From: an uncultured Bacteroidota bacterium
GTDB taxonomy: Bacteria > Bacteroidota > Bacteroidia > UKL13-3
Length of the DNA stretch: 64,000 nucleotides
Assembly: GCA_903850915.1 (NCBI GenBank)
Contig: CAINMV010000024.1
Location: forward strand, 87,577 to 151,576
Direction of reading: 5' to 3'
Under the pieces are notes generated by a model. It saw nothing but the letters and a program-made list of their open reading frames with translations. It ran no database searches and was not told the origin of the DNA. The position numbers and the translations under genes were made by a program. Shown here piece after piece: positions 39,262 to 50,000 of this stretch; within the stretch, counting starts at the first letter, position 1; each line of letters starts with the position of its first letter.

Positions 39262-41361
39262 CTAATCAATAAAAAGCGCCCCGTCCTCGATTACATCGTG
39301 CGATCTAAGCTGTAATTTTTTTACTTCTAATTTATACTTTTTCTTATTCCAAAATTTCAATGAACCATCAAAAACCAAGAGGTCAAAATTATAGTGTTCC
39401 ATCAAGGCACTGAGTGAAACATCGCAATTATTTCGTAGTACCAAATGTGTTAATTTAACGCTGCTTGACAATTCAAGATTCGTTTTTTCATCTACAAAAA
39501 AAACAGTGGACGATTTCGTAATTAATCGTGTGCTGTCGCAAATAAAGTGATTCGAAACCAATCTATCTCGAGCATTTAGAAAAGTCAACTTTTCTACTCC
39601 TTTGGCATTCCAAAAACCCTGAAAAGTATTTTTAATCTTCTGAGTTGAATTACTCGCAATACTATCGCATATTAAAACACTTTCGTTCCCTTCAATTAAA
39701 TTCAAGGAAAAGGAACCAGCCACTGCATTTAATACCGCGAAGGATTGTTGTTGTTGTTGATATTTCTTAACACCCAAAAAAATAAACATCCCTAGAAATC
39801 CGTAAAATGCAAATTTTATATATCGTGTTCGCCCTGTCTCTATAAAAACCAGAAGCAGCGCAATAAAAACATACCAAAAAACCGTTTCTGGCATGGTAAT
39901 ATAAAGACCTTCGGTTACGGCGAATGGCAAAGCCTGTATCTTTAAAATGATGGTATCTGCAAATAGGATCATTTTATTAATAAAAAAACCCAAGACCTCA
40001 CCAATCCATTGAATACCTCCAAAAACCATTAACACAATGCCTGCATACATTATAATTGTGGTAATGGGGATAATGATCAAATTGGAGAAAATAAAGAAAT
40101 TTGGAAACTGACTAAAATAAAAAAGACTGATGGGAACTGTTGCTATTTGTGCTGCCACTGAAACACTAACTAAACTCCAAATTTGTCGACCAAGCCAAGA
40201 ATCAACAATTAAAAATGAATGAATCTTAGGTTGAAAATAAACAATACCAAGAACAGCAAGATAAGATAGCTGAAAGCCAGCGTCGAAAAGAAAAAAAGGA
40301 TCATAACATAGAATCATACAGGATGACGTAAATAAATTATTATAAATGCTGATATCATCGCGCAGAGCTTTACCAAGCACAATAATCGTGAACATTACAG
40401 AAGCCCTAACAATTGATGGCGACATGCCACTAATTAAGGAATAGAACCAAATCAAAAAAATAGTAATAATAGCTACTAGCCAAGCACCTATTTTCTTTTT
40501 TTGAAAAGGTTTAAACAAAAAACTAACTACAACATATAGTATTGCAACATGCATTCCTGAAACAGCCAATACATGAAGTGTTCCTGTTCTTGCATAGGCA
40601 TTTACAACATCCTGGTCTAATTCATCCTTATAACCAAAGAGTAACGCCCCTGCTACTCCTCGTTCTGTTTTAGTGTCCACAAATCGCCCTAAAACACTGA
40701 GTAGCTTATCTCTTGTTTTATATACTAAGTACATCATTTCCGTAGTATTTGCTTTCTTTAGTATCAGCCATTCATTAGGCTTTACATACGATTGATGGTA
40801 AATGTTTTGAAATGCTAAATATCGTTGAAAGTTAAAACAACCTGGATTTTTAGGAGCAGCAATAGTAATTGCATCAGAACATATAAGAAGTTCATAACCA
40901 CAATATAATTGTTGAATAGCTATGCTATCTTCGATAAAATATAGCAACAAATTGCCTTGACATGATTTCATTCTGATGCCATCATAAACTGCAAATACTT
41001 CTGCCAATGCTTTATACGACTTTCGTTTTTTCGAAGGTGGCTCTTTTAGTTTTACGGCAATATATTGAGGATGATTTTTGGGCAAAAAAAAGTAATTTGA
41101 TTTTTGCGAGGTATCATTAATGGCTGTAAAAAACATACCCATACTTAACCATAAGAGCTGCAACAGGATAGCAAAAAAATATCGTAATTGATATTTGGCA
41201 CGTATTGTTTTGCTATAAGCAAATACCAATACTCCACAGAAACTGCAAAAGAGCAAGTATAATGAATAGCTATGCGGTAAGCTAAAAAACAATTGGATTA
41301 AAATTCCAAGAATTAAAGGCGTTACATACCTCGAAAATGGAATCTGGGCGAACGGATTCAT
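39262..41361 (-). CDS. comEC: ComEC/Rec2-family competence membrane protein (no metallo-beta-lactamase domain evident)
   Basis: 699 aa. Has an N-terminal DUF4131-like region and a polytopic competence domain (TGTLHVLAVSGMHV, SPSIVRAS, GFQLSYLAV). Confidence 0.75.
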   Translation of the reverse strand: MNPFAQIPFSRYVTPLILGILIQLFFSLPHSYSLYLLFCSFCGVLVFAYSKTIRAKYQLRYFFAILLQLLWLSMGMFFTAINDTSQKSNYFFLPKNHPQYIAVKLKEPPSKKRKSYKALAEVFAVYDGIRMKSCQGNLLLYFIEDSIAIQQLYCGYELLICSDAITIAAPKNPGCFNFQRYLAFQNIYHQSYVKPNEWLILKKANTTEMMYLVYKTRDKLLSVLGRFVDTKTERGVAGALLFGYKDELDQDVVNAYARTGTLHVLAVSGMHVAILYVVVSFLFKPFQKKKIGAWLVAIITIFLIWFYSLISGMSPSIVRASVMFTIIVLGKALRDDISIYNNLFTSSCMILCYDPFFLFDAGFQLSYLAVLGIVYFQPKIHSFLIVDSWLGRQIWSLVSVSVAAQIATVPISLFYFSQFPNFFIFSNLIIIPITTIIMYAGIVLMVFGGIQWIGEVLGFFINKMILFADTIILKIQALPFAVTEGLYITMPETVFWYVFIALLLVFIETGRTRYIKFAFYGFLGMFIFLGVKKYQQQQQSFAVLNAVAGSFSLNLIEGNESVLICDSIASNSTQKIKNTFQGFWNAKGVEKLTFLNARDRLVSNHFICDSTRLITKSSTVFFVDEKTNLELSSSVKLTHLVLRNNCDVSLSALMEHYNFDLLVFDGSLKFWNKKKYKLEVKKLQLRSHDVIEDGALFID

Positions 41362-41404
41362 AAGTTTTATTTTTTATCGTCTCGAAAGTATAAAAAAACA
41401 AGCA

Positions 41405-41440
41405 TAAAAAAAGGCAACTGAAAATCAGTTGCCTTTTTTT
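41405..41440 (-). terminator. Rho-independent (sequence-symmetric) terminator after the PorE-like gene
   Basis: A7, then a perfect 9-bp stem GGCAACTGA/TCAGTTGCC, then T7. It lies 18 nt downstream of the stop at 41458. Confidence 0.85.
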
Positions 41441-41457
41441 ATTAATTCAATATTTTA

Positions 41458-43698
41458 TTATCGCGGACGACGGCGTGTGGTATCTGCAGGCAACACACTA
41501 GTATTGCCAGAACGCGGAGAAGCTCCAGGAGTAGAAGGTGCAACACCTTGAGGGGTATTTCTAGGTGTGTTGTTTGGCGATTGTTCAGGAGCCGGCGCTG
41601 GAGCTTGTTTGTTAACATCTTGTGTGGTATCAATTTCAGGAGCATTTGGCGTTTGGCCTTTTCTGAATTCCGCTAGTAGCTTCGCACAAGGCGCACATGA
41701 ATCACCTTTACATTCGAAATCCAAATTCATCCCTTTCTTCCATTCCAATGTAATAATACGAGTTGTGGTACGACGGTTTGCTTGATGCATAGCGTCATTA
41801 CATCCTGCTGCTATATTTCCTGGCTCACAAGCGCAATTATTTGTTAAGCGGAACTCTCCATAACCACGTGCAATCAAACGTTCTTTTTCAATTCCTCCAT
41901 GCACCACCATATAGTTTACAGCGCTATCGGCACGTCTCTGGCTTAAATCACAGTTGTAATCGTAGCGAGCACGACAATCCGTGTGAGAGCCTAGCTCTAG
42001 CGCTACATCTGGATACTTTTTCAATACATCAACCACGGAATCTAATTGCAACGCTGCATCAGGGCGAATATTGGCCTTATCTAGGTCGTAAAGGATATTT
42101 AGAACTTTAATGCTTACATCTTGATGTTCTAGGTAAAGATCTACAACAAAATCTTTAGATGCCTCCAATCCTTTTGTGGAAATGGTTTCGCTACGACTAT
42201 CGTAGTAGTATTTTTTCTTACCGAAGAAGAAATAATCAGTATTGATTTTAATTGTACGTTTTACGGTACCTGTATTATCGGTTACCAATTTCAACACGGT
42301 TGTGTCGTAGCTATTTGTTAATGGCACATTCACCATAGGCAGAATTTCGCGTGTGTTCTTGTCAAACGTACGAATGGTCAAAGTGTAAACCAATGGTGTC
42401 ATTGTGAAAGAATAAATGTCATCATCTTTCAAGGTGGCACGATTACTAGTAAAGAAACCATTTTCTTTTGATTGGTCGCAAATAAAAGCTAAGTCATCGG
42501 CAGCGCTATTAACCGGTTGGCGCATATTCTGAGCTTCACCCCAATTTGTACCATCACCCTTGGTCATGAAGATATCAAAACCACCGATACCACAATGTCC
42601 TTTTGATGCGAAATACAAAGTGCCATCAGCGTGAATAAACGGATACATCTCATCCTTAGGCGTATTAACAGCTGGCCCTAGGTTAACTGGATTACTCCAT
42701 GTTTTTCCTTTCTTTACATAGTTGCAAACCCAAATGTCCTGGCCACCTAAGGTACCATCCATATTTGATGCAAAATAAAGTTTTGTGCCATCAGCACTCA
42801 AGCAAGGCTGTCCCCATACATGGATTGAGTCATCACAAAATGGTAATGGATTTTTATAATCTATTTCTGACCAACCTGCCGCTTTTTTATCTAATCTATA
42901 AATTTTACAATTGATGTCTTTCCCTTTTTCTCCACCACATTGTGTTATGTACATTACATTTCCTTTAGCATCGAAGGCTATTGTACCTTCATTAAATTCG
43001 GTATAAACTTCAGCCACCGGCAAAGGTCTTCCTAAGTTATCACTAGCAAATGGATTAGCGGCACCTTTTGTTTTTTTCTTGTCTACTTTAGAGAGATAAA
43101 GGTCATAATATCCAGCATGTCCGCTCCAATCATACCCCTTTTTACCATTTGCATTTTCACGGTCAGAAGTAAAATACAAACCATCTTTTCCATAAACTGG
43201 AGCAAAATCGTTATCCTTCGTGTTAAGCTTCTTTTCGTTTTGAACTATGTAGCGGGTTTTCATGTCCTTCCATTTCAACGCGTTTTCGCAACCGCTAATT
43301 TCACAATCAGCCATTGCGGTGAGGTCATTAGGAAATCTCTTTTTAAAATCCTGCAATGCAACGATAGCGTCAGCCCATTGTTCATTGGCCTTAAGCATTT
43401 TACAATACATCATCACCACCTCCGCTTCAGCAATTTTAGAGGTAGATGCTTTTTTATACCAAGCCAAAGCCTTCTTGTATTGCGAAGCGTTTTTAAAACT
43501 CTCTGCTACAATAACTGCGTATTTGTACTTCTTTTTCTTGTCGGTTTCCTTTGCATACAATTGTGCATATTGGTCTGCTGCAGTATGGTATTCCTTTTTA
43601 TCCAATGTAACTTTCGCCTTTTCGGGGGTCATCTTACACGAATTAATCGTTAGTAAAAAGGGAACAATTGCCAAAATCCAAAGTAATCTTCTTGTCAT
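41458..43698 (-). CDS. PorE-like outer-membrane lipoprotein: TPR + TolB-like beta-propeller + CRD-like + OmpA_C peptidoglycan-binding domain, with a Pro-rich tail
   Basis: 746 aa. Lipobox LTINSC, TPR-like N-terminal region, repeated WD40-like/TolB-type segments (DFAPV..DGLYFTSDR, EMYPFIHADGTLYFAS, DLAFI...GFFTSNR), and an OmpA_C motif (LGSHTD...YNCDLSQRRADSAVNYM...ARGYGE...NRRTT). Confidence 0.7.
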   Translation of the reverse strand: MTRRLLWILAIVPFLLTINSCKMTPEKAKVTLDKKEYHTAADQYAQLYAKETDKKKKYKYAVIVAESFKNASQYKKALAWYKKASTSKIAEAEVVMMYCKMLKANEQWADAIVALQDFKKRFPNDLTAMADCEISGCENALKWKDMKTRYIVQNEKKLNTKDNDFAPVYGKDGLYFTSDRENANGKKGYDWSGHAGYYDLYLSKVDKKKTKGAANPFASDNLGRPLPVAEVYTEFNEGTIAFDAKGNVMYITQCGGEKGKDINCKIYRLDKKAAGWSEIDYKNPLPFCDDSIHVWGQPCLSADGTKLYFASNMDGTLGGQDIWVCNYVKKGKTWSNPVNLGPAVNTPKDEMYPFIHADGTLYFASKGHCGIGGFDIFMTKGDGTNWGEAQNMRQPVNSAADDLAFICDQSKENGFFTSNRATLKDDDIYSFTMTPLVYTLTIRTFDKNTREILPMVNVPLTNSYDTTVLKLVTDNTGTVKRTIKINTDYFFFGKKKYYYDSRSETISTKGLEASKDFVVDLYLEHQDVSIKVLNILYDLDKANIRPDAALQLDSVVDVLKKYPDVALELGSHTDCRARYDYNCDLSQRRADSAVNYMVVHGGIEKERLIARGYGEFRLTNNCACEPGNIAAGCNDAMHQANRRTTTRIITLEWKKGMNLDFECKGDSCAPCAKLLAEFRKGQTPNAPEIDTTQDVNKQAPAPAPEQSPNNTPRNTPQGVAPSTPGASPRSGNTSVLPADTTRRRPR

Positions 43699-43884
43699 GT
43701 CTAGGTATAAATTAAATTCTAAATATATCGCAAGATCAGGTTCTCTGATAACGATACTAAAGTAAGTTCCAAATAACGCAAAATTTACCCAAATAGAAAA
43801 ATTATAAATGAAGTAAAATTAAATTAACCCGAAAATGCACTAAATTGTACTCAATCTTAATACCATAAACCCTTCCAATTAATA

Positions 43885-45279
43885 TTAGGCCATTTTCAAG
43901 TCGACATCTATATATGGAATTCGAGTATGGTTCTTCCTTAGGTGAGCAACCAATATCTTTTCAATATCGTCATTATGACTATACCTTTTAATCGCCATTT
44001 TAAGTGTTTCTGGCGTGGTTAATCCTACCATTGAATCCAGATATCCAAATCCTTTGTATCGGCCCCGCTCAATCCATACCAGCGACTGCTCTGAATCTTG
44101 ACGGCCGATATCTGCAATAAAAAAGCTATCCTTGAGCAAACTAAAATCTTGAATAGCTTTTTCTACCCTTAAATTATAGTCTTGAGAGGATTCAACAGAG
44201 ACACAAGCCCCTTTGCATTTATGCAACTGATGATCGAAGCAAGCCCCGCCAAGGTTATACAATCCACATTTTGATTGACAAAGCAAGTGTTTCTCGATAA
44301 TTTGATATAGGAAATTGCGCAGTGCCTGAATGTTTTCAGCCGACCTCAATGGCTCATCGTCGTGCTGGCATTGTTTAATATAAAGTTGAATATATCCTTG
44401 TTCATCAAACTTCTGAAAAACGCCAAATGAAGGCAGGGCTTTGGTCCGTTTCTGAGCACTATTGTAAATAGGCTTGATGCGTTTGATCTCCTCCGACTCA
44501 AGCAACAAAGCCAAAAGTTCACTACCCGTGTTTTCGAAGCTGATGTCCGCTATTTGTTGATGCAACTGAATGGACTTTCGTGTATCGAGTGCTGAAAAAT
44601 GCTGCAATACGCGCTTCCGTATGTCTTTGCTTTTACCCACATAAAGCACATCGCCTTTTTCATTATGAAAGTAATAAACACCCGTTGTATTTGGTTTTAG
44701 CTTTTGAAACGTAGCCTCAGGCAACAACGGCGGCAACATTCCTTTTTTTATTTCTTCCAAAGCTTTAATTGGGGCTTCAGTAAGCTTTTGTTTTTCAACA
44801 ATCATCCCAAATAATATCGCTGTTGCCTCTGCGTCACCCATTGCACGATGCCGGTCTTTTATTCGAATATTGAGTTGGTCGCATAGCTTACCTAGGCTAT
44901 ACGAAGGCAAGCCTGCAAAAGCCGTTCGGCTAAGTCTTACCGTGCATAAGGTTTTTCGGGTATAATTGTATCCTAAGTCTTTAAAAGCCTCCCTAACAAA
45001 ACTATAATCGAAATTTACATTATGTGCAACAAAAACAGCATCTTTTGTAATCTCTAAAATCTCCTTGGCCACTTCATAAAAAGTAGGGGCATTAGCCACC
45101 ATTTCATTGGAGATACCCGTTAACTGAGTAATGTAGTATGGAATAGTGCATTGTGGATTGATTAGTGTGGAGTATCGCTTTACCACTTCCTTGCCATCAT
45201 GCAATAAAATTGCAATCTCGGTTATTCTACCATTCTTAGGGCTGCCTCCTGTTGTTTCAATATCTATTATAGCGTACAC
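43885..45279 (-). CDS. Fusion protein: DnaQ-like 3'-5' exonuclease domain + GIY-YIG (UvrC/Cho-like) nuclease domain
   Basis: 464 aa. Contains YAIIDIETTGG (Exo I), VAHNVNFDYSF (Exo II) and HRAMGDAE (Exo III), then GVYYFHNEKGDVLYVGKSKDIRKRVLQHF (GIY-YIG). Confidence 0.8.
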   Translation of the reverse strand: MYAIIDIETTGGSPKNGRITEIAILLHDGKEVVKRYSTLINPQCTIPYYITQLTGISNEMVANAPTFYEVAKEILEITKDAVFVAHNVNFDYSFVREAFKDLGYNYTRKTLCTVRLSRTAFAGLPSYSLGKLCDQLNIRIKDRHRAMGDAEATAILFGMIVEKQKLTEAPIKALEEIKKGMLPPLLPEATFQKLKPNTTGVYYFHNEKGDVLYVGKSKDIRKRVLQHFSALDTRKSIQLHQQIADISFENTGSELLALLLESEEIKRIKPIYNSAQKRTKALPSFGVFQKFDEQGYIQLYIKQCQHDDEPLRSAENIQALRNFLYQIIEKHLLCQSKCGLYNLGGACFDHQLHKCKGACVSVESSQDYNLRVEKAIQDFSLLKDSFFIADIGRQDSEQSLVWIERGRYKGFGYLDSMVGLTTPETLKMAIKRYSHNDDIEKILVAHLRKNHTRIPYIDVDLKMA

Positions 45280-45365
45280 GTGGAAGCAAAGCTATAGATA
45301 TAAAATTGATTTTCAAAGTAAGATGGATATCTAATTGCCCATCTAATATTATTATAAATTGGTTT

Positions 45366-46874
45366 TTATTTTTCAAAGGCTAAAAAGAAATCGGAGATAT
45401 GCATAATAATATCAGAAGCAATTAAACTCGTTTGGGATACTTCTTTGGCAGCGATATCACCTGCATAACCATGAAGAAAAGCTCCTATTCGAAGGGCATC
45501 TAGTACCTCATATTTTTGAGCGCACAACGAAGTAATTATACCGGTTAATACATCACCACTGCCTGCGGTAGCCATGCCTTGATTGCCTGTGGAATTAAAA
45601 TAGGCTTTGCCGTTTGGGCCAGTAATACATGTATTACTGCCCTTTAATAATACATATACATTATTCTTATGCGAGAATTCTAATTGCGTTTTGAAACGCT
45701 CTTCTCCTGAATTATGTATGTGTGTTAGTCGATCAAATTCACCAGGATGTGGTGTGAGCATTACATGTGTATTTAAATCAGAATACCATGATGGATTTTG
45801 AGAAAGCAAGGTCAAACCATCGGCATCAATTACCAAAGGGATTTTGCCATGATGCATTAAAAGATACTTTAATAAAATACTGCTTTGCTCGGTTAGTCCA
45901 ACTCCAGGTCCAAATCCAACAGCATTGAATTTATTAATGTCATCAAACACAAATGCTTTTGAATCATCACGAACTAGCGTCATCGCTTCAGGCAATACAA
46001 TCAATAAAGCACCAATGGCAGATTCAGGAATAGCCGAAGTTACTAGTCCACAACCCGATCGCAAAGCGGCTTCCGAAGACAAGATTGAGGCGCCAATTTT
46101 ACCCAAGCTACCTGCAATAATTAATGCATGTCCGAAGTTGCTTTTATGTGCTATTGGAGACCGTGGTTTTATTAGTGCGGTAATATTTTCATTGGTAGTA
46201 TAATAACAACATGCATCAGTATTACCTAAAAATGCTTGTGAAATGCCAATATCAACAGACTTTAATTGACCAATAAACTTTTTGTTCTCCGGAAAAAAGA
46301 AAGACAATTTTGGGCACTGAATGGTAATTGTTTCATCGGCAATAATGGTATTTTCGGGGCTGCTCATAAATGAAGCATCGGGCGAAAGGCCTGAAGGTAG
46401 ATCGATTGCGATTTTATAATTGGGCCAAGAGTTTATTTTAAGAACAAGCCCAGCCTGCAATCCTTGTAAAGCTCTACTAATTCCAATTCCAAATAGGGCA
46501 TCAACAATGCAGTGAGATTCCTCAATTTTAAGGTCATCAATTTGACTTTGTGTTTTAATAGTTATGTACGGTACATTTAAACTTTGAAGCCGCAATAGCT
46601 CAGCATTAAATGCAGGTGTTGGTTTCTCATTTAACAAAACGACCAACACGTTTTTATTCGCCTTTGCCAATAAGCATGCTAGTGCAAGCCCATCTCCACC
46701 GTTATTTCCAGCACCACAGAAAACAACAAACGAATCACAGTTTACCTTCGTTTCGTTAATACACTCGAAAATAGCCATAGCGGCCCTCTCAAGCAACTGT
46801 GTAGAAGTTAAATTCTGCTCCAAAAGCGTAAACAGGTCCGCTTCTTTTAATTGTGCTGCATTAAAAACCTTCAT
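45366..46874 (-). CDS. nnr: Bifunctional NAD(P)H-hydrate epimerase / ADP-dependent dehydratase
   Basis: 502 aa. The YjeF_N region has GAGNNGGDG, and the C-terminal carbohydrate-kinase-like domain has ATAGSGDVLTG. Confidence 0.85.
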   Translation of the reverse strand: MKVFNAAQLKEADLFTLLEQNLTSTQLLERAAMAIFECINETKVNCDSFVVFCGAGNNGGDGLALACLLAKANKNVLVVLLNEKPTPAFNAELLRLQSLNVPYITIKTQSQIDDLKIEESHCIVDALFGIGISRALQGLQAGLVLKINSWPNYKIAIDLPSGLSPDASFMSSPENTIIADETITIQCPKLSFFFPENKKFIGQLKSVDIGISQAFLGNTDACCYYTTNENITALIKPRSPIAHKSNFGHALIIAGSLGKIGASILSSEAALRSGCGLVTSAIPESAIGALLIVLPEAMTLVRDDSKAFVFDDINKFNAVGFGPGVGLTEQSSILLKYLLMHHGKIPLVIDADGLTLLSQNPSWYSDLNTHVMLTPHPGEFDRLTHIHNSGEERFKTQLEFSHKNNVYVLLKGSNTCITGPNGKAYFNSTGNQGMATAGSGDVLTGIITSLCAQKYEVLDALRIGAFLHGYAGDIAAKEVSQTSLIASDIIMHISDFFLAFEK

Positions 46875-46888
46875 GGATTATAAAAAAA

Positions 46889-46896
46889 CAAAGTTA
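46889..46896 (-). promoter_or_regulatory. Candidate -7 box (TAACTTTG) for nnr
   Basis: Exact TAnnTTTG on the minus strand, 14 nt upstream of the ATG at 46874. Confidence 0.4.
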
Positions 46897-46970
46897 GTAT
46901 TTATAACAGAATGTAACTATTGCCAGAAGGAAATGTGAAATATATCATTCAAGCATTTACCACTTAAAAC

Positions 46971-47006
46971 AAAAAACCCCTACTTTCATGCAAGTAGGGG
47001 TTTTTG
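46971..47006 (-). terminator. Rho-independent terminator after the DUF2723 gene
   Basis: A6, then a perfect 8-bp GC-rich stem CCCCTACT/AGTAGGGG with an 8-nt loop, then T5. It lies 19 nt downstream of the stop at 47025. Confidence 0.85.
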
Positions 47007-47024
47007 ATAAAATTTAATATCGAA

Positions 47025-50000
47025 CTATCGTTCGTAGAAATACTGAACCATATCCTGAAATTCAGCAGCATCTTTTTCAATTTTTTTTGCATAGTCCATT
47101 TGACCATTTTGTTCTGCCATATTTTGCGATATACGATAGGCTTGATAGTCTAGACTAGCATCTTGTTTTACAGCACGGAACGTTTTACCTGAAGATGCAT
47201 ATTTTTTATAGTAACGCAATTCCTCTGAGCATTGTAATAACAATTTGTCGTTCCAAAACTTCGCTTTTTCATTATCGCCTGCGGCATAATATGCTTCTAC
47301 TATTTGCAAGAAATAATAGTTCATTGGCACATTTTCAATTGGAAGTTCAGCCATACATTTGTCGAGTACCTCTACGGCACGTTTTTTATCACCTGCTTTC
47401 ACCCATTCTGCAGAGAGGCGGGCAAAAACATTTCTAAAGTTATATGTTTGACGCATACTTGTTTGGTCGACATAAACTCCTGGATGATTAAGACCTCCGA
47501 AGCGGAAATTATTCATGACGTTATTGTCCAATTTCTTCACGTTGATACGTCCGGCTTGTTTGTTTTCTCCAACTTCCGGATTTTTAATTGGCACTAATTT
47601 ATATGTAAATCCATCCAATTGGAAATAGGGTTGTAAGCCTAGGTATGGCTCAGAACCTGTGGTAATGGCCCAATAAATAGGTCTGCTATTTAAGTTATTC
47701 GCAATAATATCCAAGGTTACAAGATCATTTTTAAGGATATAACGATCCTTCGGCATATCCCATTTAATGCTGTCCACCATTAAACTATCGTCTTCTGGCT
47801 GAACCACGTTGTTCTTCCTACAGGCCTCTTTATCTACCTTCACACTTAATTTATTAGTAGGATAGTAACTATAAGCATCGCCACCACCTTGCATAGATAC
47901 CACATTTTGATCATCACAAACAAAATCCATTAAAGTAGTTAAGTCAACATAGTCCGGCAATTTATTGTTTTGGTAGTAGAACACCTGATCACGCACTCCT
48001 TGCACATATTGATTAGGCTTCAATGTCATCTTAATTGGTTCGCTATCGTAAACCTTACGTTTCAAAACATCAGTATACCAATCGGTATTTAATAAGCTTA
48101 AATTAATAATTCTGATATCGGGACGAACACCTTCGATATTTTGCGCATACCAAAGTGGGTATGTGTCGTTATCGCCATTAGTAAATAAAATTGCATTTGG
48201 GTCACAACTATTGAGATAACATCTTGCATAATCAGCACTAATTGTACGATTGCTGCGATCGTGATCATCCCAATTTTGACGAACCATATTTACTGGAGCG
48301 ACAACAAAACCGAGGGCAGTAACACCTGAGGCTACGATGGCCGCATTGGCGTATTTCTTAAGTAAGTCGTATAAAAATAAGATACCGAAGCCAATCCAAA
48401 TACAAAACGTTTGAATACTTCCAACGTACGCATAATCACGCTCACGTGGCTGAAGCGGAGGGAAATTAAGGAACAAGACAATAGCAATACCCGTAAAGAA
48501 AAACAAAAGACCCACCACTAGCGTATCTTTTTTATTGTTTTTATAATGCCACATTAAACCCAAAATTCCGAGTAAGAATGGCAATGCATAATAAACATTA
48601 TGTCCTTTGTTGTTTGTTAATGAAGCAGGCGCACCAGGCTTAATATCTTTATTCCAACTATCGAAGGCCGCAATGCCAGTAATCCAATTTCCGTTGGTTA
48701 CCTCTCCATTTCCTTGCTCTTCGCTTTGACGGCCGATAAAATTCCAAGCAAAATAACGCCACCACATAAATCCAATTTGATAGCTTACTAAGAAATGTAC
48801 ATTCTCGACAAATCCTGGCTTCTTGCCTTGTTTAATTCCTTCCCATTCTTTGTATGCATTCACATGATCGGCTCGACTGCTGTGCATTCTGGGGAGAATG
48901 GTACAGTCTTTATCATCATATTTATACGAGAATTTAGGTCCCACTTCTTTATATTCTTTCGACTCACGATCGATACGATATTGCATTTCGCCTTCATTTT
49001 GTCCACTAGGCTCTGCATAATAATACGGGCCATAGAATAATGGTGTTTCACCATATTGATCGCGATTGATATAGCCTAGGAAGCTCCAAACATCAGCAGG
49101 TGCATTCATGTTAATAGGAGGATTTGCATTTGCTCTTACAATAGTTTGAACATAAGAACCATAACCAATAATTAAAAACGCAAACGTGAGAATCAGTGTA
49201 TTCATCAAAGCTCTGTCTGTTTTGTTAAGGAAATAAAAGGCAACACCGATCAATCCAAAAACAAAAATCAAGACAAAAATCATTTTAGGCGACGACCCAA
49301 AGATGATAGCGAATAATAATAAAACGGCAGCGCTACCCCAAACCATAAACTTATATTTTTCTTTTCCATTAATTGAATATAGAATTCCGCCTGTAATTAG
49401 TGTAATTAAAGCCAAGGCAAAAACCACTACTCCTGATCCGAAAGGCATTCCAAAATAATTCACAAAAGCGCCATCTGTTTTGGCCGCCAACATTGGCAAC
49501 CAAGGAATTAATATAAAGTTAACAAAACCCAATAAAGCAAGTGCTATTCCAACAGCTTTTATGAGTCCAATAGTGGTGAAATTGTATTTGCGGTAATAAT
49601 ATACCAAAACCAAAGACGGGATAACCAATAAATTCAACAAATGCACCCCGATTGCTAATCCTGTAAAGTAACCGATTAAGATAATCCAACGATCTGCCCC
49701 TTTCTCTTCTGCTACATTTTCCCATTTGAGTATAGCCCAAAATACCAAGAACGTAAAAAAGGAAGACGAGGCATAAACCTCTGCTTCAACTGCAGAAAAC
49801 CAAAAAGTATCACTCCAACACATTGCCAAAGCACCAACCAAACCAGCACCCATAATAGCAATTAGGTTGCCATTTGAATACTCTCCATTTTGTTCTGGCT
49901 TAATCACTTTACGTGCCAAGTGGGTGATAATCCAGAAAACAAACATCACGTTGAAGGCACTTGCAACTCCACTTAGCATATTAATTGCAGTAGTGGCATT

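Noticed and set aside
43117-43765. Two long overlapping plus-strand ORFs (178 and 167 aa) antisense to the PorE-like gene.
   Set aside because: The translations are low-complexity and Leu/Phe/Cys/Ser-rich with no motifs. They are typical shadow ORFs opposite a genuine, motif-rich coding frame.
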